From positions 4,716 to 68,715 of the forward strand of contig CAZXPC010000004.1 in NCBI GenBank assembly GCA_964643135.1: DNA of 64,000 bases, read 5' to 3'. The stretch is from an uncultured Candidatus Saccharibacteria bacterium (lineage in GTDB: Bacteria > Patescibacteriota > Minisyncoccia > UBA6257 > Colwellbacteraceae). Positions 27,492 through 37,136 of the stretch are shown piece by piece (the first letter of the stretch is position 1; every line of letters begins with the position of its first letter). Position numbers and translations under genes: made by a program. Under the pieces are notes generated by a model. That model saw only the letters and a list, made by a program, of their open reading frames with translations, did not search any database and was not told the DNA's origin.

Positions 27492-28502
27492 TTAGGCGAG
27501 CTTTTCGATGTGTTTGATCAGGGTCGAAACGTAGCCGTATTCGTTGTCGTACCAGGAAAGGACGTTGACCAAATCGCCGTCGATAACTTTGGTCATCTTG
27601 AGATCAACGACCGCGCCGTAAGGCAAGCCAATCACGTCGGACGAGACGATTTGATCTTCGGTCACCATTAAGATCCCCTGCCAACGCGGTTCGAGGGCGG
27701 CTTTCTTTAAAATGTTATTAACTTCTTCGACAGTAGTTTTCCGTTTAGCGAGCAGAGTTATGTTAGCGGCGGAACCGGTGATGACCGGGTTTCTAAAAGC
27801 GATGCCGTCGAACTTGCCAGCGAGTTCCGGCAAGGCGCGAGTGACGGCGATGGCAGCTCCGGTCGTAGAGGGCGAAACGTTCTGCGCGCCGGCCCGGCCA
27901 CGGCGGTAGTCGGTGCCCTTCACGGGCCCATCAACCAGGTTTTGGGTGGCGGTGTAAGCGTGAACGGTGTTTAAGAGCGCTTTTTGGATGCCGATCGTCT
28001 CCGCGAGAATAGCCATGACGGGCGAAGCGGAGTTGGTGGTGCAAGATGCATTGGATGAGATTTTGCAGGTTTTGACGTCCTGGTCGTTCAAACCCATCAG
28101 CACAGTTTTGCCGTAGTCATTGTCCTCGTCTTTGGCCGGAGCGGTTAAGAGCACGTGCTTAGCGCCGGCGTCTAAATGCACCTTGGCTTTCTCATAACTT
28201 TCGAAAACGCCGGTTGATTCGACAACAACATCGATATCCATATCTTTCCAGGGCAAAGTGGGTGCGTCTTTGATCTGTAAAAACTTAATGGTTTGGCCGC
28301 CCACAACTAAGTTACCGTCTTTGACCTCGATCGGTTTATCGTAGCGACGGTAAACGGTATCATACTGCAATAGATAGGCGAGGTTGTTAACATCACCCAG
28401 GTCGTTCACAGCCACGACTTCAAAATTTTTATTATTGGTGGCTAAAAGCTGCCTCAAGAAAAGCCTGCCGATTCTGCCAAAACCATTAATTGCGATTTTC
28501 AT
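27492..28502 (-). CDS. gap: Glyceraldehyde-3-phosphate dehydrogenase
   Basis: NGFGRIGR Rossmann motif; SNASCTTNSASP active-site Cys region. Confidence 0.9.
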   Translation of the reverse strand: MKIAINGFGRIGRLFLRQLLATNNKNFEVVAVNDLGDVNNLAYLLQYDTVYRRYDKPIEVKDGNLVVGGQTIKFLQIKDAPTLPWKDMDIDVVVESTGVFESYEKAKVHLDAGAKHVLLTAPAKDEDNDYGKTVLMGLNDQDVKTCKISSNASCTTNSASPVMAILAETIGIQKALLNTVHAYTATQNLVDGPVKGTDYRRGRAGAQNVSPSTTGAAIAVTRALPELAGKFDGIAFRNPVITGSAANITLLAKRKTTVEEVNNILKKAALEPRWQGILMVTEDQIVSSDVIGLPYGAVVDLKMTKVIDGDLVNVLSWYDNEYGYVSTLIKHIEKLA

Positions 28503-28533
28503 GTTTTTATATGATCTTATACGGACTACAAGA

Positions 28534-29781
28534 TTATATTATATTCTTGTCAGGATGGCGATTCCAGAAACCGTTCCAGTAAAGAAAGAGGACGAGGCCA
28601 AAAATCATCATGACGGCTCCGTATGTAAAAGCGGCTGATTCACCGAACCACGTCCAGATACTTCCGCCAACGAGACCCGCCAAAAGGGAAGAAACTCCTA
28701 AAGCCGCGGAGAGAAAACCCTCGCCCTGAGCCAGGACCTCAGCATTCACGAGTTTGCTCGCCTTGGCGCGCAAGATGCCGTCTGTCATCGCTGAGTAAAT
28801 GCCAAATAGTATGAACCCGGCATAAACTGAGGCCAAACTGGAATAATTGGCGAGTATAAGATATGAGGATATAGCGACCAAAAATCCGCCGGCGATCACC
28901 TTGCGCTTGCCGACCAAGTCGGAAATCTTGCCGAAAGGAATTGCAAAAATGGCGAAAGAAAGATTGTAGACGAAATAAATTATCGGAACGTAGGCAGCGC
29001 CAAACGGCTTGACCTTGAGAAGCATCAGAAGTATCGGCATCGCGCCCAGCCCAAAGATGAAGACTGCTAATATGAACACTTTGAAATATTGGGGGAAACC
29101 CTTCACCGAGAAACTCAGGTGGTGCGGTATAGACTTACCCTCCAGGCCGCCCCTGATCTCCTTAACAAAGAGGAAGCTTAAAACCGCGAGAGTGCCGATC
29201 AAAAAAGATACGAAAAACAATCCGCGATAATTCTCCGAGGACCCGAATATGTAAATGGCAACGAGCGAACCGAAAACTCCGCCTAAGGTATCCATCGCCC
29301 GCTGATAACCGAAAGATTTGCCGACCTCATGATAGCTAACCGATTCGGCCAAAAGGGCGTCGCGCGCGCCCTCACGCGTTCCTTTGCCAATCCGGTCCAC
29401 CATTCTAATGGTAAAGACTTGCCAGACATTGGTTACAAAAAGCAAGAATAATCGGGCAGAGACCGAAAGCGAGTAACCGGAAACGGCAATGGGCTTGCGG
29501 CGGTGGATGCGGTCGGAAAACCAGCCGGAAATTATCTTCCAAAAACTCGCCAAGGCGTCGGCAAACCCATCCATCAGGCCCAAAAAGATGGGCGGCGCGC
29601 CGAGAACAGTTAGAAAAGCCGGCAAAACGGAGATAACCATTTCAGCCGAAAAATCGTTGAAAAGACTGACCAAGCCGAGGAAAAATATATTTTTGTTCAG
29701 TCCGAATATTTTTTTATCGTTTTCGATCATTCTATCTAGTATATCAGAGGCCAGAGGCCAGGGAATAGACTGCGATCCCAA
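28534..29781 (-). CDS. MFS transporter
   Basis: 415 aa, 12 predicted TM helices, MFS-like loop motif (GWFSDRIHRRKP). Confidence 0.7.
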   Translation of the reverse strand: MGSQSIPWPLASDILDRMIENDKKIFGLNKNIFFLGLVSLFNDFSAEMVISVLPAFLTVLGAPPIFLGLMDGFADALASFWKIISGWFSDRIHRRKPIAVSGYSLSVSARLFLLFVTNVWQVFTIRMVDRIGKGTREGARDALLAESVSYHEVGKSFGYQRAMDTLGGVFGSLVAIYIFGSSENYRGLFFVSFLIGTLAVLSFLFVKEIRGGLEGKSIPHHLSFSVKGFPQYFKVFILAVFIFGLGAMPILLMLLKVKPFGAAYVPIIYFVYNLSFAIFAIPFGKISDLVGKRKVIAGGFLVAISSYLILANYSSLASVYAGFILFGIYSAMTDGILRAKASKLVNAEVLAQGEGFLSAALGVSSLLAGLVGGSIWTWFGESAAFTYGAVMMIFGLVLFLYWNGFWNRHPDKNII

Positions 29782-30214
29782 AAGCCACCGAAACGTTAAG
29801 TGACTCTTTCTGGCCCAGCATCGGGATTTCTAAAATTTGGTCACACTTTTTTAGGACCGCCGGCGACAAACCCTTCACCTCGTTGCCTACTATTAGAGCT
29901 TTTAGCTTAGAGCGGTTAGCTTTGAGGGAGAAATATGGAACAGATCTTTTGTCTTGCTCGATAGCTAAAATTTGGTAGCCGTCTTTTTTCAGCCTCATAA
30001 TAACTTGACTGATGTCCTTGATCTTTTCCCATTCGACATAGTCCTCAGCGTCTAACGATACTTTGGCGAACTGAGTAATTTTTTCTCCAAATTTATCCAA
30101 AGGAGACGGCGTGTAGCCGGTTAAATAAATCTTTTTAACACCGGCGCCGTCGGCCGTGCGGAAAATCGAACCGACGTTATGAAGGCTCCTGACATTATGG
30201 ACTATGACAACCAT
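29744..30214 (-). CDS. SpoU/TrmH-family RNA 2'-O-methyltransferase
   Basis: VHNVRSLHNVGSIFRTADGAGV and LGNEVKGLS motifs of SPOUT MTases; overlaps the MFS gene by 38 nt. Confidence 0.7.
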   Translation of the reverse strand: MVVIVHNVRSLHNVGSIFRTADGAGVKKIYLTGYTPSPLDKFGEKITQFAKVSLDAEDYVEWEKIKDISQVIMRLKKDGYQILAIEQDKRSVPYFSLKANRSKLKALIVGNEVKGLSPAVLKKCDQILEIPMLGQKESLNVSVAFGIAVYSLASGL

Positions 30215-30218
30215 CTCC

Positions 30219-33200
30219 CTATTCTAGCAGAACCGAGAGAGTTATCGCAGGCGAACGGTTCCCCCAATCGTCAAAAGCGCGAAAGACCAGCTCGTGGGCG
30301 CCGGGCGGCGCGCCAAACCGGCCGTAGATCTTAGACTGGTCGGCGTTCTCGGCTCTGAGCAAATTGGCGAACGCTGAGCCATCGATGCTGTATTCGTAAC
30401 CTAGAGAGGCATCGAAGGTGTCGGGGTCAGTCGCGGGCTCTAAAGAGACCGTCGTAGCAGACGTAGCGGCGTCGTAAGAAACTAGAGCGGCATCGGTCGG
30501 AGCAGTCGGAGAAGATTGCGCCGGAGGTGCGTCCTGGAAGTAATATCTGGTTGCGTCAGCGGCGGCAAACTCGAACCGTGCCGGAAACCAGCCCAAAGAC
30601 AACAGATCGTAATATGCCACCGTCACATAATCGGCTGACGTAAATCCGGCGGGGTCTACTGAGAATGCTTTGGCCGAAAAATTGCCATCTTCCCAGTTCA
30701 TGCGGGCCGTACCGCCGTTGATGCTGCCGGGAACACACATTGAAGGCAGGGTGACCATCGAAAAAGAATATCTCTCGTCCGATCTGCCATCACAGCGATA
30801 ATAGTCAACTTTGAGGACTTTGTCTTTCACGAGCGGCTCCTCGCGATTGTCATCGGTGATTACATCTTCATGCTCCGCCGAAGCATCGCTATTAATATAA
30901 AAGATCATCAGCTGATAACTGTCGGGGCTAAAATAGTAAATCTGGGGAACAATCGGCTTACTCACATCAAAACGGCCCTCGATTGTAAATGCGCCGGCGG
31001 TTCGGGGGTCCCGGTAGAAATTAAAACTAGAGAGTAAGTTGGGGATAGAAATGGTTCGCTCGATTACTTCAGAACCCAGGCCGCCCGAGTCGAAAGCTTG
31101 GAATGAAAATTTATAATCCCGGCCGGTTTGGGTAATGGTTTGGGTGGCGCTGGTAGAGCTGGTTGAAATTAATGGCAAAGGCGCCGGGAAACCGTCCGAA
31201 ATATCTTTGATAACGTAGCTGACGCCGGCCGAACCGCCGGAATAATCGGCCGAGGGCGACCAGGCGAACGAGAGAGTTAACTTACCTCGGTCGTATGAAA
31301 TTAAATCGCCCCCGGGAAGCGGAGCGATAGAAGTCGGCGAGCTCCGCGGCTCCGGCAGATTCGCCGAGTTGCGCGGCGAAGGAGCTTCGTCAATTACAAA
31401 ATCGTCGGCATTATTATCGGTGTCGCAGCCGTTGCCTAGAAGCGAGCTCTCAACCGGTGAACCGCAATTTCCATCAGCCCAATATTTGCGCATCAAGCTC
31501 TGGTGGGCGCCGGGATTGGCACCCGACACCGCGGTTTCGACAAAAATATTTTGCGCGGTCCCCCAACCAACGCTATCAATAATGGCGCCGGTATCATTGG
31601 GGCCCTGCCTAATGGCTATGCCGTTATTGTCGGCGATGCTTTCGGAAGTTGCGACATCCGGTGCGGCGGAAATATCAGTAAAACCGCTATTAGCCCAAAG
31701 ATAATATCCGTGCGCAGGTATAAAAGCGTCTGCGCTCCAGGACTTTAGAAGGGTGTCGCTTGCTCCTGTCGCGGTACGCTTCACTAATCGATACCCCTTT
31801 AGATTTACTTGCGTTTCGGTCGGGTTATAGAGTTCGATAAAATCGTTAGTGGTTTTGCCGGCACCGCCGGTTGTTTGGACCTGGCTTATCAATATGTGCG
31901 TTGAGGCCGGAACGGCAGGTGGCGCAGGTGGAGGCGGGGGCGGAACCGGCTCGGGCGAAGGAGCGGGAGTGGGCGAGGGAGTTGGTTCGGGCGCCGGAGC
32001 GGGGCTTGGTGGCGGGGGTGGCGGGCTTGGGTCAGGGGCTGGCGAGGGTTCCGGAGATGGCAGTGGAGCGGGGCTGGGTGACGGCGCCGGGCTGGGCACG
32101 GAAGCGAGCTGGGTCGGATCGACAATGTTAATAGTGCCCGAAAACACCTGGTCGCTCGCGGTTCCGCCGCTTTTCCTTATTTTTATCAAAATATTCGCGC
32201 TGCCTCTGAAGTTTTGCTTGCTGTCCTGAATCATCAGGCGGAATTCTTTGGCCGAAACAGCCGGGCCGGTAATCGCGCTCGTTAAGTAAAAGTTTGATGA
32301 CCCCCAGTCACCGTTCGCATAGATGTTAGATAATACGCCTCCCGACTCGATTGAAATTTTGACGTCATAAGCGACAGCGTCTAGGTTAGCGGCTGAAAGA
32401 GAAACATTGATCTCTTGATTGACCGGGCTGGCCGAAGGAAATAGTAAACTAACATTTGGGGCTGGAGCTGGCGGCGGAGACGAAGACGAGGACGAAGGCG
32501 TTACTACGGGCGCGGGGGCGACATGAGTTGCTGGAACAGGCGCCGGTGCTGGCGGCGGAGACGATTTGGGCGAGGGCGACACATAATTTGAAGAGGAATT
32601 TGTCCTTGAATTGCTAGATTGTATCCGCGCAATTTCAGCCTGAACACTATTAATTTGGCTCCGGATGTCTATGGCCAAGGTGTCGGCATTGACCGGAGCT
32701 GGATCATTTGCGGCGTCATTGGAGATTTGAATAGAATCAGAAATTGAAGAAGCTGATGATTCGGCAACCTTAGATGGGCTCGTGGGTGTGGCGCCGGAGA
32801 GCGCGCTAAGGAAATCACCGATCGCGGCCACTATCGAAGAGCTGACAAAATAAGCGCTTTGGATAACTCCCCCAACGCCGTTGATCCCGGCGCTCACCAC
32901 AGGATCAGCTACCGAGAGAACTGCGCCTTCGGCCCGGTGAGCCAGGCTAGCCGGCGGAGCGATGAGGCAGGGCTTCTCCGGATCTTGAGTGCTGTTGGCT
33001 GAAAGGCCATCGAGAGATGACATAACGTCAGCCACAATTTTGTCGCCCTTATATTTCAGATAGACATCGGTAAAGCTGTGGCCCCAAAAATCATCACCGG
33101 TTTGTAAATCAATATGCGTGTTGGGTTGTAGTGTATTCATGAAAGGGACGCGGCTCACCACCCCAGCTATAACTTTATCGGTGTCGGAAGTGGTCCACTT

Positions 33201-33716
33201 GCCGCCGCCGGCAACGCGCGCCGAGGGGGTAGCAACGCTATACACGCCCAGTGACGCCGCCGGAACGCCGCCAGTTTTGCCGGCAATAGCATCGTAAAGA
33301 CTGTTGGTATAAAAATTGCCCTGCGAATAACCAACCAAAAGGACTTTCTGGGTGGCAATTTGCTCGCTCGCCGATCTCTGCATCTCGATTAAGTCATAAT
33401 CATCAACCTCTCCCGAATCGAGAGTTTTTTGAACAATCGAATCTGACAAGTCAGCCAACCCACCCCAGTGCGACGGGTTGAAGAGATATTGATAATCTAT
33501 TGCTTGATTGTCAAAGATGTCTCCAACTCGCGCCTCAAGCCATCGTTGATTTGTCTCAGCTCCTTTTCTGTCAGTAAAAATACCGTTTATGGCAGAAATA
33601 GTGTATCCGACCTGAGCACATCTTATTGGTGAGTTGGCAGCAAGAACTAATTTGGTTGAAAAAATAATCAGTACTACGATCCAAATAAAAACAATTTTTA
33701 ATTTATGTATAACCAT
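30219..33716 (-). CDS. Large secreted protein: alpha/beta-hydrolase (lipase-like GYSQG) domain, Pro-rich linkers, lamin-tail domain (LTD)
   Basis: Signal peptide; GxSxG motif LLVGYSQGNFY; long PAPAP/PSPEP linkers; LTD signature QVQTTGGAGKTTNDFIELYNPTETQVNLKGYRL. Confidence 0.7.
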   Translation of the reverse strand: MVIHKLKIVFIWIVVLIIFSTKLVLAANSPIRCAQVGYTISAINGIFTDRKGAETNQRWLEARVGDIFDNQAIDYQYLFNPSHWGGLADLSDSIVQKTLDSGEVDDYDLIEMQRSASEQIATQKVLLVGYSQGNFYTNSLYDAIAGKTGGVPAASLGVYSVATPSARVAGGGKWTTSDTDKVIAGVVSRVPFMNTLQPNTHIDLQTGDDFWGHSFTDVYLKYKGDKIVADVMSSLDGLSANSTQDPEKPCLIAPPASLAHRAEGAVLSVADPVVSAGINGVGGVIQSAYFVSSSIVAAIGDFLSALSGATPTSPSKVAESSASSISDSIQISNDAANDPAPVNADTLAIDIRSQINSVQAEIARIQSSNSRTNSSSNYVSPSPKSSPPPAPAPVPATHVAPAPVVTPSSSSSSPPPAPAPNVSLLFPSASPVNQEINVSLSAANLDAVAYDVKISIESGGVLSNIYANGDWGSSNFYLTSAITGPAVSAKEFRLMIQDSKQNFRGSANILIKIRKSGGTASDQVFSGTINIVDPTQLASVPSPAPSPSPAPLPSPEPSPAPDPSPPPPPPSPAPAPEPTPSPTPAPSPEPVPPPPPPAPPAVPASTHILISQVQTTGGAGKTTNDFIELYNPTETQVNLKGYRLVKRTATGASDTLLKSWSADAFIPAHGYYLWANSGFTDISAAPDVATSESIADNNGIAIRQGPNDTGAIIDSVGWGTAQNIFVETAVSGANPGAHQSLMRKYWADGNCGSPVESSLLGNGCDTDNNADDFVIDEAPSPRNSANLPEPRSSPTSIAPLPGGDLISYDRGKLTLSFAWSPSADYSGGSAGVSYVIKDISDGFPAPLPLISTSSTSATQTITQTGRDYKFSFQAFDSGGLGSEVIERTISIPNLLSSFNFYRDPRTAGAFTIEGRFDVSKPIVPQIYYFSPDSYQLMIFYINSDASAEHEDVITDDNREEPLVKDKVLKVDYYRCDGRSDERYSFSMVTLPSMCVPGSINGGTARMNWEDGNFSAKAFSVDPAGFTSADYVTVAYYDLLSLGWFPARFEFAAADATRYYFQDAPPAQSSPTAPTDAALVSYDAATSATTVSLEPATDPDTFDASLGYEYSIDGSAFANLLRAENADQSKIYGRFGAPPGAHELVFRAFDDWGNRSPAITLSVLLE

Positions 33717-34340
33717 TTAATTAGCAAATGAATTTAAATCGATATCACAGGATGTTTTGCCTATCGAACCGCTTTCAAGATGTTCATAGAAGTTATGACT
33801 TGTAGTTTTTCTCTCCTGTGTATTTGTTTGAAGATTTGCCAAGAACTTGTCATATTTATCAATCGCCGTTAGAGACGCGCTCTCGTCGACCCCCTTTGGA
33901 CCAGAGATAAGCCTGGCAACGCAAAAGAAAGCTGCATCTTCTTTGTTTGCAACGGCACCTACCGTCCCACTATTCACAATCGGCTGGGTGAATTCCATCT
34001 GAAGCGCCAGTGCGTATTGCAAAAGAGCGGCTCGGGTTTTGGCGGAGTTCGGGTATTTGTTAAAAATGGCCAGCTCAACATCGTCGCGGATGCCGTTTTG
34101 ATTGGCATCAACACCCTCAATGGTCTTATCAGCCTCCGCGCCTGGGTCCGGCGGCAGGTTTTTGCCCAGCACATCGTCCAGCGTTAACTTAGTGGCATGA
34201 ATTTTAGCCACCGCCTCGGCCGTCTTCTGGGCTTCAAGCACATAGGGCACGCGGGCGATAAGCAAAACCACAAATGCGGCGGCTAATATGCCCAAGCCCC
34301 ATAAAATTTTTCTGACCATAATGCCGGTTATCATAACCAA
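33717..34340 (-). CDS. Membrane-anchored hypothetical protein
   Basis: 207 aa, N-terminal TM; start abuts the stop of the upstream giant gene (translational coupling). Confidence 0.5.
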   Translation of the reverse strand: MVMITGIMVRKILWGLGILAAAFVVLLIARVPYVLEAQKTAEAVAKIHATKLTLDDVLGKNLPPDPGAEADKTIEGVDANQNGIRDDVELAIFNKYPNSAKTRAALLQYALALQMEFTQPIVNSGTVGAVANKEDAAFFCVARLISGPKGVDESASLTAIDKYDKFLANLQTNTQERKTTSHNFYEHLESGSIGKTSCDIDLNSFAN

Positions 34341-34406
34341 ACCGGCATGAAGAAAAACTAAAAAACTTCCAAAGAAATCTTCATGTCTAAATCCCCGCCC
34401 TCGATA

Positions 34407-35426
34407 CTATTTGCCGAAAGTCTGATCTATATAATCGTAAACTGCCTTAGAAATGTCTTTGATGCTTGAAGCCAGGCTATTATAATCTTGGCCCTTAGTC
34501 ATGACGCACAGTATGTAGCGGTTCTTGGGGAAATAAACCACGCCGCAATCGTGAAGTTCTTTTTCGCTATTCGGGTCATGCGCATCGCCGAAAGCCCTTT
34601 CCCCGAATTTATGAGCCACCACTATGCCGTTCGGCACGCCGGCCACAATGCCGTTCGTGAATGTCGTCTGGCTCAAGAGGCTCAGAGCTTTTTCGGACAT
34701 ATCGCGGCTCAAATACGTGGAATTATAGAGAATCCTAAAGAAATTGGCGTAGGTTTTGACGGAAACAAAGTCAGACTGGGAATCTTTTTGATCCGCCGGC
34801 GTCTTAACTCCGAAGTCAGCCGAAACCGAGCTAATGTCGGCTCCGGTTATGTTATTAGACAGCGGCAAAAGAGCGTTATTATCGGAATACTTGATCATTC
34901 TTCCGATCAAATCTTCGATGGTATAAACACTGCCGGGCACCAAGGCATTTTTAGTCTTGAAAAATTCATCTTGATTCAGGTCGGTTGTACCATTATATGA
35001 AACTTCTTTGCTCAGTAATGAGGGGTTGGTTTCCGCCGATTTCAAGAAAGAAACCATCAGGGGAACTTTCATCAGACTAGCCGGAGAATATGGCACTTCG
35101 TCGTTGATGCCGAACCATTTGCCATTGCGTCTATCAAAATAAATTGATATTTGCTCAGCCGACTTGCTCTTGATAGCCTGGTTAACCAGGCTTACCAGGT
35201 TATCCTTTAACGGTTTAAAGGTTGTTGTGTCTTCGGCGGTATCAACCAAGAGCAGCGGGTTGATAAATTGGTAAGTGTTGGTCGAGAGAGTCGATTGGCG
35301 AACTTGTTTGATGCTTTCTGTTGCGGGCGGTTGGTTACTGAACCGGCCGATGCCAAAACCGGCGGCAAAAATAAGCAGAGCAACAACTAATGGCAAGACA
35401 ACTTGCTTTCTGAGCTTCATTGGCAA
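34407..35426 (-). CDS. Class A beta-lactamase-like / PBP-like serine hydrolase
   Basis: SxxK (SLMK), SDN (YSDNNA) and KxG-like (HKFGE) motifs in correct order; N-terminal TM anchor. Confidence 0.6.
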   Translation of the reverse strand: MPMKLRKQVVLPLVVALLIFAAGFGIGRFSNQPPATESIKQVRQSTLSTNTYQFINPLLLVDTAEDTTTFKPLKDNLVSLVNQAIKSKSAEQISIYFDRRNGKWFGINDEVPYSPASLMKVPLMVSFLKSAETNPSLLSKEVSYNGTTDLNQDEFFKTKNALVPGSVYTIEDLIGRMIKYSDNNALLPLSNNITGADISSVSADFGVKTPADQKDSQSDFVSVKTYANFFRILYNSTYLSRDMSEKALSLLSQTTFTNGIVAGVPNGIVVAHKFGERAFGDAHDPNSEKELHDCGVVYFPKNRYILCVMTKGQDYNSLASSIKDISKAVYDYIDQTFGK

Positions 35427-35493
35427 AATTGTAATGGAAAAATCGCTATAAGTCCATGATATAGTAGATATAAAATTGATATACGGTTGATAA

Positions 35494-35862
35494 TTATTTG
35501 GTGCCGAGCTTTTTGGTTGAAGATATAAAATTGTTTAATTTAACTCCTAGGTTTTGCATCTCAAGATACAATTGCGAATAAGCTGGATCTTTTACGAAGC
35601 CACGGTCTTTGAGTGTCTCGAGCCAGTGCATAGCCTCGATCAATGAACCACGAGCATTGTAATTGAATTTATTGCGATCCAGATAATGAAAACGGCCGAA
35701 TCCTTCGGCTATGTTAGCCCCGACAGAATCGACGGATCTTATAAATTGATCACCTATTATGCTTTTCGTTTTATAGTCAAACACTGTATAGATCTTCCAG
35801 CTTTTTGCCGAAACACCGCAGGCTAGCTGATAAACCTCTAAATCTTTTAAATCCATAATCAT
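35494..35862 (-). CDS. Four-helix-bundle protein (TIGR02436; 23S rRNA intervening-sequence protein family)
   Basis: DLEVYQLA...DQFIRSVDSVGANIAEGFGRFHY...GSLIEAMHWLE matches the family consensus. Confidence 0.75.
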   Translation of the reverse strand: MIMDLKDLEVYQLACGVSAKSWKIYTVFDYKTKSIIGDQFIRSVDSVGANIAEGFGRFHYLDRNKFNYNARGSLIEAMHWLETLKDRGFVKDPAYSQLYLEMQNLGVKLNNFISSTKKLGTK

Positions 35863-35901
35863 ATTCTACACGTCGGACATGAAGAAAATATGAATATCAG
35901 A

Positions 35902-35927
35902 AAAACCAGCGTTAAGCTGGTTTTTCT
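35902..35927. terminator. Bidirectional intrinsic terminator
   Basis: aaaaaccagc-gttaa-gctggttttt perfect hairpin flanked by A/T runs, between convergent or tandem genes. Confidence 0.6.
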
Positions 35928-35962
35928 TAATATCAATAGTTATCTATTGGCTATCTCTTCTT

Positions 35963-37063
35963 CTACATCATTGAGTTAATCTTCGCGCGGGTCTTTGGGC
36001 CAACTACGCCGTAACCTGGAAGGCCTGGGCCAGAGATTCCCATTCTGACTTGGAAGTGCTTAACAGCGGCCAAAGTCAATTGACCGAAGAAACCGGTGAT
36101 TCCGTCAGTGAAATCGCCCTGGGCCTTGAGGAAGTTCTGAAGAACTATGACCTCGTTGCCCTTGGAACCGATATTCAAAGCCTTGGTCAAAATTCCCGGA
36201 GGAATGTGGCCAGAATTACCAACCGTCAATGCATTGATCTGCGCGATCAAAGCGTTAATTTGCGCCTGAAGGTTAGCGATTATTTCAGCCTGAGTCGGGG
36301 TTGTGGAAGGGGGTGGTGGTGGAACAACCGCAACAGTAGTGTCGAGAGTGATCGTGTCTGAGACAGCCGCCGAGACGTTACCTACCGTGTCCCTAAACTT
36401 CGCGTAAACGGTTTTGAGGCCGTTGCCGGAGGTTAGAGTCCAGTTTTTGGTAGTAGCGTAGTTTTCCCAGATAGCTCCGGTGAAATTTACATCGTTAGAT
36501 ACAGACATGTTCGATACTCCAGATGAATCAGCGGCACCCAAGCTCAAAGTAACACTGGTTGTGTTAGTAGTTGCCGCGCCGGCGTTAATGGTCACGAAAC
36601 CATTGATCGGAGCAGTCGTGTCGGACGGAGTGGAAGATCCTCCCCCGCCGCCACCGCCTGATCCGCCGCTACCGCCAGTAGGACACTGAGAACCGGTAGG
36701 CGTAAAAGTCATTGTTCCTGTATCATTGGTACCGCCTTCGGTAATAATCACAGTAGAAATTCCAGCACTGCAGCCGGCATTTGAAAGAGTGTTGCCGGTA
36801 CCGACAGTACCGGACACTGAAATAGTGCCGGTAGACGTGACAGTGAACGTAGCGTTCAAGCCATCAGCAGAAGACATAACTACATCCATGCTCGAAGCAT
36901 CAACGACCAGAGACTTAGCCACTGATCCTGACTTGATGGTCATGCCAGCAGTTATGTCTGTATCAGCGCTCCAAGATAAGTTGGAAGCTAAAGCCGCATT
37001 GACTCCGGCAATCAAAGCCATGAGTCCGATCGCTAAACCTAGTTTAAATTTATTTTTAATCAT
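35963..37063 (-). CDS. Secreted Gly/Thr-rich surface protein with C-terminal PG_binding_1 domain
   Basis: Signal peptide; GGSGGSGGGGGGGSS linker; C-terminal GSKGNEVIVLQNFLKAQGDFTDGITGFFGQLTLAAVKHFQ. Confidence 0.6.
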   Translation of the reverse strand: MIKNKFKLGLAIGLMALIAGVNAALASNLSWSADTDITAGMTIKSGSVAKSLVVDASSMDVVMSSADGLNATFTVTSTGTISVSGTVGTGNTLSNAGCSAGISTVIITEGGTNDTGTMTFTPTGSQCPTGGSGGSGGGGGGGSSTPSDTTAPINGFVTINAGAATTNTTSVTLSLGAADSSGVSNMSVSNDVNFTGAIWENYATTKNWTLTSGNGLKTVYAKFRDTVGNVSAAVSDTITLDTTVAVVPPPPPSTTPTQAEIIANLQAQINALIAQINALTVGNSGHIPPGILTKALNIGSKGNEVIVLQNFLKAQGDFTDGITGFFGQLTLAAVKHFQVRMGISGPGLPGYGVVGPKTRAKINSMM

Positions 37064-37136
37064 TATTGATGTGTGTTTAATCGCAGATTCGACCTTAAGG
37101 AGATTAAGACCTGCGACCTAGACAACTAGGTTTGTG

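Noticed and set aside
31849-32229. Gly-rich 126-aa and other ORFs antisense to the Pro-rich linker of the 30219-33716 gene
   Set aside because: Mirror-image low-complexity of the sense PAPSPEP repeats; no independent coding signal.
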